A stretch of 52,773 nt of DNA, the filler included, from Diploschistes diacapsis (lineage: Eukaryota): the NCBI GenBank assembly GCA_023645945.1. It is 3 parts of 3 records of this genome, joined end to end, with 100 filler letters (N's around TTAATTAATTAA, not from the genome) between each part and the next. Parts side by side here need not be neighbours in the genome. Positions count along the whole stretch, not along the records: positions 1 to 17,542 come from JALAIB010000452.1; positions 17,643 to 35,174 come from JALAIB010000453.1; 1 more part is not named here. One strand, written 5' to 3'. Under the pieces are notes generated by a model that was given only the letters and a program-made list of their open reading frames with translations, searched no databases and was not told the DNA's origin. How positions within the stretch are numbered: the stretch's first letter is position 1; every line of letters starts with the position of its first letter. The position numbers and the translations under genes are program-made. Positions 14,020-23,789 of this stretch are shown here, piece by piece.

Positions 14020-15311
14020 AGGCCACCGTCGGCAGCCTGTGGGGCCTGGAACAGGACCTTCGCGCACTCGATCATGCTTGAGAGCCGATGCCGAAAGCCT
14101 CGATTACAGCCGTGACGCACGGCAGACAGAACCCGAACTCGCTCCGCGGCCGGGTCCAATAACGGAAAGAAGAGCAGCGAGTTCTACTACCCGACACTCG
14201 AGAGATCTCATCGGAGAGATAGACCGGATAGGCATTGTGGATCTGGACATAGACTAGACTTGATCTACGCGAGAGAGTACCATAGATCCGTACTAAACCA
14301 ACCAACTAGGATTGACGACAGCTTTCCTTCTTCTCACGAATGTTCCCCTGTCACGGTGGGAAAGGAAGTGACTTTGGCCCATCGATCCCATCTCGATCAA
14401 GAACAACTTTACTGCAGGGATAGCACAATATCACAACCATCGCAGAAGCAAGCATGCTCGCATTTACTGCGCAGGATCCAACCTCCCATTAACAGTCACT
14501 AGGTACATGCACGCGTAGTATGTCTCCTTCCTCCATTTATCGCAGCAATCGGCATCCGCGCTCCCTCCCGTGCCATCTCCTCCATCATCCACCTCTTCAT
14601 CTCCACCACCTCCAGCTTTCAAGTTCCAAGACCCTCGCTCCAGCACCTCCGCACAGCCCACGACAACTGCCCAGCGACCTCTCTCCATCATCATCTTCTC
14701 CTTTTCCTTCCCCCCTAGATTATTACAGAGCGAGCGAGGTAGGAAGGCGCCCAGAGGATCCGCCGCCTGCTCTTTCGAGCATCCATCTCTTTAATCTCTC
14801 TCTCTTATTTGACTCTTTTTTGCCTCTTTTTGGCCTCGGTTTTCCCAAAATGCAAGACCCATCGCCTTGGTAACGCGCCGTGCCATGCCATACCCATGCC
14901 CTGCCAAAATTCGTGCCTGTCGAACATCATCGAATGGGCATATGCTAAGGAAGGTGGAACACTGGGGTTCATGCGCAGCTCGTGCTCTTATCACACAAAA
15001 GAGAGGTGATATGCCATAACATATCATGCTATGCTATGCCCATCCCATGCCATGCTAATTCCCATGTGCATGTCCACCACCTGCACGTCCCTATGTCGGA
15101 CAAGCGCGCCGCGCTCGCGCAGCCTTATAAAAATACGAGAAATATCTACCGAAAAAAAAAATTTAAAAAAATGCAAACAGGAATATGCGCAGAGAAGCGA
15201 AGTCCAAAGATCCTATCACCCGTCGCCGCGCTTGCTTTTCTTTCGGGGGCGCGCCACGAACCCGTCATTACTCCTCCCGCCAGCCAACCCGGTTCCACCA
15301 TGTCGTTTGGC

Positions 15312-16842
15312 TCACAGCCAGACGACGAAGCCCAGCAGCACCATTCCCAAGCCCACGGTCATGCCCGCCACCTCCTTCCCGCCGTTCGCCGAGCCCTTGG
15401 TCGCGCTCGCCGAGGCCGAGCCGGAAGGCGACCCTCCGCTGCCCGACCCCGTCGCTGCCGTCGCCGTCGCCGTCGCCGCGACGCTGGGGACCTGCGATCC
15501 CACCGGGTCGAAGGTTGCCGACTGGCCGATCGTCGGAATGGGCGGGTTGCCGTTGATAACCCACCCGCTCGGCGTCGACGACGGGCACGCGGGCGTCGAG
15601 AGCGCGGAGGTGGACGCGCTGTACGCCGAGAGCGCGACGCCCGAGGGCGAGAGCGTGGCCCATTGGGACTGCAGGTTGCTGAAGTCCGGGGTGACGGGCA
15701 TGGGCTTGCCGGAGCGGACGATGGAGCCCCCAGAGGCGGTGTTGGTGCCGGCGTAGGAGATGAGGCCGTAGTTGTTCGTCTCTTCGATCCACTCGTAGAT
15801 GATGGCGCCGGACCAGGTGTCGACCATGTCGGAGCCGAGAATGGCGGCCTGGTCGGAAAAGGTGCGGGGTGGGGCCGTGTTGCAGCCTGTTTCGGAGAAG
15901 AATATGGGTATGGGGTAGGACTTGGCTTCGGCCTGCAGGGTCGAGTAGCCGGATACCTGGTAAGAGCTCGCGCCGCACCACTCGTAGGCGTTCAGGGAGA
16001 AGAAGTCAATGGTTTGGGAGGAGTTGCCGCCGCAGACGAGGTAGTCTTGAAGCATTGGCCGTAGGGAGGCGATGTCGGCTGCAAAGCGTTAGGAAATGTG
16101 AGGCTGAGGAGTGTGGTGGACAAACCGGCGGAGTATCCGATGGGGATTTTGCGGTAGCCTTTCGAATCACGGTAGGCTTTCATGTCTCGTGCGGCTGCTT
16201 TCACGTAGGCTGCAGACGGGGCGTCCGATGCTACTCTGTGGTGAGTACTGTTGCAATTGAGGCAGAGAGTTTCCCACATACGTGTTTCAAGAACCTCGTT
16301 GCCAACGAATGCCCCGGCCAGGTTATCGTATTTTTGAAAACTATCGAGGACGGCAGCATAGTTGCTGAACTGGGTCTTGTTCCAGTATGGATCCTCCTGC
16401 ATGCTATCAGCCTTCTCATGTTCAATACGCACACCATATCGGCACGTACACCCAGGATGTACGTATTGAAAGTATCGAGGTCCACAAAGGCATATATACC
16501 AGCATCTGAGAAGGCCTGCATGCATGCATCGTGGTTTCCGCTAGCATCAACGTGATAGACTCGAATGGTATTAGCCCCCAAGGTCTTCATGAGTTGAGCA
16601 TCTTGTTGACATTGGTCTCCGTTGATCAATGGGTCGTCCTCCGTAAGCTGGTATGCGACTCCTGGAAATGGTAAGATCATTGCTTGTAGAGGTTGAGTTG
16701 ACAACATGCCTTTGATGAAGAATTGGTTACCATCGCTGGTGAAGAACTTGGAGCCAACTGCCTGTATCGTAGGAAGCGCAGTTACGGTTGGAAGAGCTGC
16801 TATGGCGCATAGGACCAAGAAACCTATGGGTTGGAGCAGCAT
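15312..16842 (-). CDS. GH72 1,3-beta-glucanosyltransferase (Gel/Gas family; no X8 domain, GPI-anchor-like tail), 5 exons
   Basis: Signal peptide, FFIKG|VAYQ, LGANTIRVYHVD, FVGNEV, IPIGYSAADI, DFFSLNAYEWCG, PIFFSETGCN, WSGAIIYEW, a Ser/Thr/Ala-rich linker and a hydrophobic C-terminus. Resembles Gel2-type members. Confidence 0.93.
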
Positions 16843-17542
16843 GACGGAGGGTAGAAGTCTTTGTTACAACGAATTATCCGTGTGACGGCAGCTTCAGTAG
16901 TGTCGAAAGATTATTCACTCCGGTGGACGACTCTAAGCCAGTATTACTCAAGGTCAGCTCGTAGAGCGTGCGTGCGTATTTGAAAAACAGAATTAGAGGT
17001 ATGAACACAATTAAAGACAAGTACAGAGTTTTCCATTTACAGTCAGACCGCATCCGCTCCTCTGATATGTGTGTATCAAGGTCCGACACTTGGAGAAGCC
17101 TCCCGATGCGGTAATGGAGCTCCAAGCTTGCCGGTTAGTAATCAATTCCTAGCGCAGTAACTTAGGTGCTAACTGTTAAGGCCGCTTATATGGATAAGCG
17201 CCGCATGTAGAGCGGCTTTCCTTGAGCTTCAAGGAATTTCGGAGACTGTTCTTGTTGCTTGACAGCAAGAGAACAGCGTGGGATTCATGTGAAGAAAGGC
17301 TCTCGAGATAGTTTGAACCGAAGGGAGTAACGCTACCAATAGCTATTTCCAACGAAGAACAGTATACAGTCACGTCCCAAAAGTAATGGTCCCTCCACCA
17401 AAACACACCAAAATTTTCGCATTTCAGGAAGCTCCCAACTCATCAATTAAAGGTTTTAGGAATTGAAAAGATTATAACGGACATTTAAAACTACGCTCAA
17501 TATATATAAATTCTTTTAAAAAAACTCCATGCGATATAGAGT

Positions 17543-17642
17543 NNNNNNNNNNNNNNNNNNNNNNNNNNNNNNNNNNNNNNNNNNNNTTAATTAATTAANN
17601 NNNNNNNNNNNNNNNNNNNNNNNNNNNNNNNNNNNNNNNNNN
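17543..17642. other. Artificial assembly linker (44 N + TTAATTAATTAA + 44 N)
   Basis: A stop-in-all-six-frames 12-mer is centred in an N run. An identical construct occurs at 35175-35274. Confidence 0.97.
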
Positions 17643-17828
17643 GATGAAGACTTGAGTCGACTAAGTGCTGCGTGCCATTTCCTGCAGCCACGCTCCCCCA
17701 GTTGTTCCACATGCTTAAGGGTAGACTTTTCCCCTCTCTTTCACTCCTCATATTATCGCGAACCCTTCTCGCTGTGAGTCTATGATTATTCCTCCCTCAT
17801 TCTCGTGGCCCTGTGAGCGAGATCGGAA

Positions 17829-19760
17829 ATGGGTCGCCGGAAGGTACCTCTACCGGCACAAGGTGTCGATCCAGCAGGATCCAACCTTTCGAATCGTGAA
17901 TATTACAACAAGGTGTACGATGAACAGGACAAGAATGCGAAACTTGTTAAGTTGTATAAAGATACCACTAACGGGGCGATTGATCGTATATAACGATTCT
18001 AGAAACAATACGTCTCTCTCTTATAGTGACCGGCCTTAACTTATAAATCCCTCTAGGTACTACGAAGAGGTCGAAATAAACCCCACGCATATCCTAATCC
18101 AGCAAGATGAAGGTCGGTTCAGAATCTTCTGGCGGTGGTACTGCGATAATTTCACTGTCAAGAAAGTCAGCTCAATCGAGATCTATTGGCATACACTCAG
18201 TCAGCTATATATAAGATGGGCAGGTCAACGAATGAGCCCGCAGGTTCCAAGCCATATCTACGAGGTAAAAGGGCTCTAAATATAAAGATATGGCGGAGAC
18301 TGAAACAATTACGGTTCATTCATGAAGAGCTTGCCGAAGAATATGGCCTTGACTTTGAAGAGACCGATAAGCCTCTGCTTGATGCGGAAGACTTTTGGGA
18401 AGCAGACAGAAAGACGTGTACATTTAATCTTGATGACAATCCTTTTTTCTGTATTATACTTTATTTCGTTACGCTTGTCTATGACGATAATACCTTCGAT
18501 ACCCTACCTGGCGATACGGTTATACTTCCAGAAACGGTATTTAAGCTGAGAGTTCGTTAAGGGCTTAACTGCCAACCGATATCTATCGTATAGCAGGTAT
18601 CACGAGTGGGTAAAGCGTCTAGGCCATGAGACGGGGTTTATTCAGGTATTTACAACCTACTGTCTACGCCGCGCGGCCGGCAATGCAATCAATGGTAAGT
18701 TCCTGGCGATTCTGCGATATGTAAGAGCAGCGCTGACGGCGGCATTCGCTAGACGATCCTACCGCAAATGAGCCCGTACGCAATCTGTCGATGGATCATA
18801 CTAACTCGGCCATCTTCTATCGCAATTACCTGTCTCGAATGATTCGGTATAACATTTAAGCCGTTTACCGAGAAGCGACTCCGCGGACAGACTGGATCCG
18901 TGCAGCCAGTCGTATGAGTCAACTGATGGATCCGCAGCTGCCAAAGAAATTGGACGAGTAACAGAGGAAGTTATACGGTCCGAGCCCGAGATCCGAAAGC
19001 TTCGTTTAAAGAAGAGTAAGCTATTTCGGCAAATCAGAATAAAGTATATCTTTGTTTATAACGCTATAAAGAACCCGATCTATAATAAATACCAGAAAGC
19101 TAAGCTAGATATACATGACTTTATTAAATTTCGAGAGCGTATCCTTTTTATCGAGATATTGAAGAGCTACGATCAGACAGCTCCGCTTAAAGATATATAG
19201 GAACAGATAAACAGGGACGTTAAAACGGATAAATCTTTAATGGCAAGTAACGATTCCATTTAATATTCTTTTCCCGAGCGATTTTAGATCGTAGAGGCGG
19301 TTAACGAGTCGAGATTATTAAAGATTAATATATCTCGCCAGATCGTTATCGTTAAAGATTTAATCTTTCTCTACAGGCGTCAGGAAAGCGGGCTGTTAAA
19401 AAGCTCGCGAAAAACGTATACAGTATACGTCGACTTTTTAACAGCGGAGTAGGAAGAAACTCGCCGCCTTCCCTATTGCATTCTGCTAAGACAGACTCGT
19501 CGGATTCTGAAGCCGATGACCGCCTTCTATTTCCAGTGAAATGCGACCCTTCTCAATGTCTAATATGTGTGGGTGATCGCAGCAAGCCTTTGATTCGAGC
19601 GGCGGCACAGTTACGGCAGCAAGTTCTCAATGCAGCGGCACATTAGCAGTACCACAAGGTCCCGCCAGGCGTGTGCACACATCCAGACTCTGTATGCTCT
19701 CCTTAAGTCGACGAGGCACTTCAAGCATCATGCCGCGGCGGTCCATGGTATTGAGCTGGG
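17829..19760 (+). pseudogene. DUF3435 tyrosine recombinase (Starship captain type) with C-terminal Cys/His finger-like region; RIP-damaged and internally deleted
   Basis: Manual translation: MGRRKVPLP...YKDTTNGAIDRI*RF*K; FWRWYCDNFTVKKVSSIEIYWHTLSQLY; LAEEYGLDFEETDKPLLDAEDF; DDNPFFCIILYFVTLVYDDNTF; WVKRLGHETGFIQVFTTYCLRRAAGNAIN (motif at 18658-18687); RNLSMDHTNSAIFYRNYLSRMIRYNI*; FPERF*IVEA; QCLICVGD; HFKHHAAAVHGIEL. Stops are mostly TAA/TAG, consistent with CpA->TpA change. The 3' end is approximate. Confidence 0.85.
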
Positions 19761-20135
19761 GGGAAGTTGTGGTCGCATTTGCCGTAAACCACGTCCAGGC
19801 GAGGAAGGGAAGCAGCCGCTGCGCAATTGCGAGCCTGTTGAGCCTCTATAAATCACGCTTGTCATATCATTCCCCTTCTAATTAGCAATGTTAGTTCCAA
19901 TCGTTTATAAGCTAGCAAAGCTCAAACTATACGGTTACCGCATAACTAACTGGTTAGTAAAAGAAATCTCTGTATATTGCGTTATTGGCTTACTTGCTTG
20001 GTCTAGGATTTGATTATATAGCTATACGCTTAAATAGTTCTTAGTTTAAAGGGAACACCCGCATCCTAGAACCAATGCGCTTGTCGCATACGTTTGATAC
20101 TTGATATCACTTTGAAAGCTCGATTATTTGAAGCG

Positions 20136-20698
20136 ATGTCTTCAAGCAATTTACCAAAGCTTAAAATACGACTAATACGAGTTATAGCTCATACGATGGG
20201 GCCTGTTACTCCCGGAGGAGCACTCAGTCAGAACCACTGGTCCATTCTCTTCATAATCGAATCGGGGGGATGCGTCCGGGTCCATATGCAACTCGCAGAC
20301 CCAAAATCGAGCAAATTGGACGGGAAACTCGAAATCAAACAATATGCGTACGAGAACTCCAATAGCGCTGTGAAATATTGGGACTTCGCCGTGCCCAACA
20401 ATCTCACCGTTGGTGCAATACTGAGCCTGATCAAAGAAAAAGGCCGGCATCAATATACCATGGCAGAAGGAGGGGTTGGATGTCGCCACTGGACGTTGGT
20501 GCTCTATCTCATCCCAACGTTAGATTCGATTTCTAATCCTTTCCCTGCAGATTAACTTTTATGCACGATATGGAGGAAAAGAATTACGTCGCAACGCAGA
20601 CTGCCACTGGTGAGAAGGTTGATGACATTGCTCAATACAACTATTCCCGTGGACAAGCACCAAGCATGCTCGCCATCAAGGAAGGGACCTTCTTCTAG
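20136..20698 (+). CDS. Small fungal protein with NHW...GCRHW motifs (resembles the DUF7770-like family), 2 exons
   Basis: MSSSNLPKLKIRLIRVIAHT...NHWSILFII...GRHQYTMAEGGVGCRHWT, then intron 20495-20550 (GT...CTAAT...CAG), then LTFMHDMEEKNY...AIKEGTFF*. Intact frame after splicing. Confidence 0.75.
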
Positions 20699-22604
20699 CT
20701 TGACTCTACTGAGGCTTGGATCTTATTCGAGTTAGTAATTCTGATGCCCCGTCAAATGTTCCTAATAATTGATCAAGAAGCATTGTCCCAGCACAAAATT
20801 ATCTACTATGTACGACACTGCATTGCAACTTATTAGTTGTAAGCAAACAATCTAGTCTCACTGCCATCTCACTTCAGGAAATGGTTATTCATCCCCTCAT
20901 AGATCACCTTTCACTTCATCTACGGAACTCCGAAGGGTTTCCAATGACTCACAGAAAAGTCCTACCGCGCAGAAAATATCTTCAATCCTATCTTAAATCT
21001 TCGGCTTAGGTGTACTCAAGAATGTTCATCACATGATGGCGGTAGACTGAGGGGCGGCCTAGATCAGCGACGTTTTATTTTGTTTATTGGCAGAGAGGTC
21101 TATTCGTTGCGATCCTCCTCCATCTTATCAGGTTTGCTCGAAGAAACGTCAAGATCGGAGCGGGAGGATAGGGTCCATGGCGAAACTTGCAGTGCAGTCT
21201 CCACTATTGTCGCTGGTCTTTGAGGCCTAGGGATACGATGAGCGTCATATAGGGCACATGCAAATTCCAGAACCCCTTTGTAATTACTCACATGGTGGCT
21301 ATCGCATCGCTAACTGCGTCGTGCTAGATGTGCTAGAGGCAGGGCGCGGGTTTTTGTCCGAGAAGTGCCATTTAAGCATGCAGCCTCAATATGTACTCGT
21401 CTTCGTGAGCGCGACGCGGTTGCGATACATTCCTTCATGAGTTCCGACGCCGCCGATTTCGGTTTCCCTTCCGGTCCCTTTTGTCTTCCGCCAAAGTTTG
21501 CTCCCATTCCAGATACCAGGCGGGAATTTGATCGGCAGTCAGCGCAGTCCCAAGTAAAATATGAGAGTGGTGTGAATGCCATTCGCGAGTTCTTTAGGTC
21601 GTTTCCCCAGTTCTAAATTCTACAGCTCCATCCAGACCCAACGTCGTAGTCTTTGCATCACGTGATCACGCCACGCATTTATGGCGCAGGGGCTGGTGAT
21701 ATTAACTGCTGCGATGGTGTTTAGTGGAATTACTAAAGAGGATCGATCGCCAATTCGACGACAGCCAGCCGCGGATTTCAGAGACTGAACGCTCGCAGGT
21801 AATTCGGTCATATCATGTCTCGAGTTCGTCCAGCCCTGGTTGCTCAGCTCCTTTGGGACAAAGCCAGAGTCATCGTCCAGAGGTCTTAGTAGATAGAATT
21901 TGTCAGGGATACAAGTTTGTAATGGGAAGATCGAGTATGCCTTGTCCTACGTGATCAGGTTGACGCTCGCTGTTGCGTACGAAGGAATCAAGAATAGTTT
22001 GAATAGGGGGCCCATATGCCCTTGTGACTCGATTTTTTTTTGGCCTGGCCGTTGGCTGTACGACTGCTAAAGATTAAACCCCCTTGAGCCTAGATGACAG
22101 AATCAGTAATTATCCAACATCCACACCTAGGAACCTTAATAGAACGGGCTCCTTGCTGTCTCGACCTCTGGCCTGTTATCCTGACTTATCTCATAACCCT
22201 CCTTTCCTCGCATGTAGTTCGCGAATTCCTCGGCGGGGATTCCAACTTGGATAAAAAAAATATCTAGATTCGACACCTTCCAACAATTTCACTCGACGAT
22301 GGAAATATTTGAGGCTCGGTTATAGAGTATTAACATTCAAGAAGTCGGCTATGCTCAAGTATGAAGAGGGCAGGGCCAAGATCGGAAAAGTACTGTGCAT
22401 CGAGCAAATTTCACTAGTTTTGACTGCAGTGGTTCGCTATCCAATGCTGCCGCATGAAGGTAGGATGGAGCATTCCCAGCCCTGCGTAGTACGAGTACCT
22501 AAGAACTTGAACACGATCTAGTCCGCAGAAGGATTACGGAGCGGAAAACATGGTCGTCGGCCCTTTAGGTCTTTGTTTTACGCTTCACACAGCATCCACC
22601 CAAG

Positions 22605-23498
22605 ATGGAACGTTCGAATGCTATTGATATCGACTATCATAATTGCTCAAACCAATCTCTTGTTGATGCTTGCAAACCAGGCGAGTATCCAGTTATTGGT
22701 GGTTGCGAATTTGGCAGACACGTTGTCCGAATCGCGAACGATGCTGTTATTAAGTACGGATATGGAGTAACAGCAGCAGAAGCCGCGACCCAAGCATTCG
22801 TTCATAGTCATGTTGACGTCTCGATGTTTCGTGTTCCTAAGGTCTATAGATTCTTTGAAGAGGAGGCAGACTTAGGTAATATTGGTTATCTTGTCATGGA
22901 GTTTATCAAAGGAACAAGACTTGATAAATTGGACGATCATGCTAAATCGGAGCTGTCGGTAAGACTCGCCAGCTGTCTACAACATCTGTGGCAGATCCCA
23001 GTTCCATCGGATTTCCAACCAGGGCCTATTGGTGGTGGGGAGCCCAAAGGTCTTGTATGGTCTGACGATGGCGCATGCACGGTCTTTGAAACGCTTTCGG
23101 ATATGGAAGATTGGCTCAATGTGAGCCTGGACGTTGATGAAGCCATGGCTAGAAAGGGCCGCTGGGACATTCTTGACTATTGCGCACCGCTAGAGTCAAT
23201 ACATCATCGGTTAAGCCTGGCAAAATACTCTTTGGTCGTATGCCATGGTGATTTTATTGGGCGAAACGCAATTCTTCAATCGGACGGTACAATCTGGATC
23301 CTTGATTGGGGTTGTGCAGGCTGCTATCCAATATTTTTCGACTTATACGTGATGATATATAACGAGAGTTTCGATCCCGTCCTAATTACGCCTCTTATAC
23401 AACAGTTAATGTCACTAAGGATAGATTTTACGAAAGAGCTGGACTTACTCCATCGGGTTCATCGTGCAAATGCTGTCTTTTCAAGGTTTTGTACTTGA
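22605..23498 (+). CDS. Aminoglycoside-phosphotransferase (APH/choline kinase-like) family protein
   Basis: AVIKYG.GVTAAEA, RVPKVYRFF, GYLVMEFIKG, PGPIGGG, Brenner-like HGDFIGRN and ILDWGCAGCYP. A short 3' exon (about 23535-23613) is possible, since a branch site GCTAAC and TAG acceptor are present. Confidence 0.85.
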   Translation: MERSNAIDIDYHNCSNQSLVDACKPGEYPVIGGCEFGRHVVRIANDAVIKYGYGVTAAEAATQAFVHSHVDVSMFRVPKVYRFFEEEADLGNIGYLVMEFIKGTRLDKLDDHAKSELSVRLASCLQHLWQIPVPSDFQPGPIGGGEPKGLVWSDDGACTVFETLSDMEDWLNVSLDVDEAMARKGRWDILDYCAPLESIHHRLSLAKYSLVVCHGDFIGRNAILQSDGTIWILDWGCAGCYPIFFDLYVMIYNESFDPVLITPLIQQLMSLRIDFTKELDLLHRVHRANAVFSRFCT

Positions 23499-23694
23499 TT
23501 GCGTTCTATCTGATACAGCTAACTGTTGAATTAGGGCTCCTATTATTCAAGAACGATGGTCATTTGATGGTCTCGAGACACCTCCCGAACCGTACTGGCC
23601 GGATGAAGAATGAAAATTTGAGAGGGAGCCTATCTCTCAATGAAATTATTACGCATGCTAGTGGTGCACATCACGTTGTTGCGTAAACCATACG

Positions 23695-23789
23695 GAGAGT
23701 GCATACCACAGAGGGTGTATACCACAGAAGGTGCATACCACGGGGAGTGCCTACCGCAGCAGAAGGTGTATATCACAGAGTGTGCATTA
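23695..23789. repeat. Degenerate 16-bp tandem repeat (GARRGTGYATACCACA), about 5.5 copies
   Basis: gagagtgcataccaca/gagggtgtataccaca/gaaggtgcataccacg/gggagtgcctaccgca/(gca)/gaaggtgtatatcaca/gagtgtgcatta. Confidence 0.85.

Noticed and set aside
14464..14873. Short ORFs between the convergent ERG13 and GH72 3' ends
   Set aside because: Pyrimidine-rich low-complexity sequence with no credible start, splice pattern or recognisable homology.
14982..16064. 360-aa, 241-aa and 237-aa ORFs overlapping the GH72 gene
   Set aside because: Antisense or off-frame shadows of GC3-rich coding sequence, with Arg/Gly/Ala-rich composition and no motifs.
10332..16842. Secondary-metabolite cluster around the hydrolase and HMG-CoA synthase
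   Set aside because: The synthase is the canonical mevalonate-pathway type; there is no PKS, NRPS, terpene synthase or cluster regulator nearby.
17587..17598. TTAATTAATTAA repeated at 35219-35230 as a biological direct repeat or target site
   Set aside because: It is centred in identical 44-N pads, so it is an assembly linker with stops in all six frames. Adjacency across it is also not guaranteed.
23695..23789. CRISPR-like array
   Set aside because: Contiguous degenerate units without unique spacers, eukaryotic context, no cas genes.
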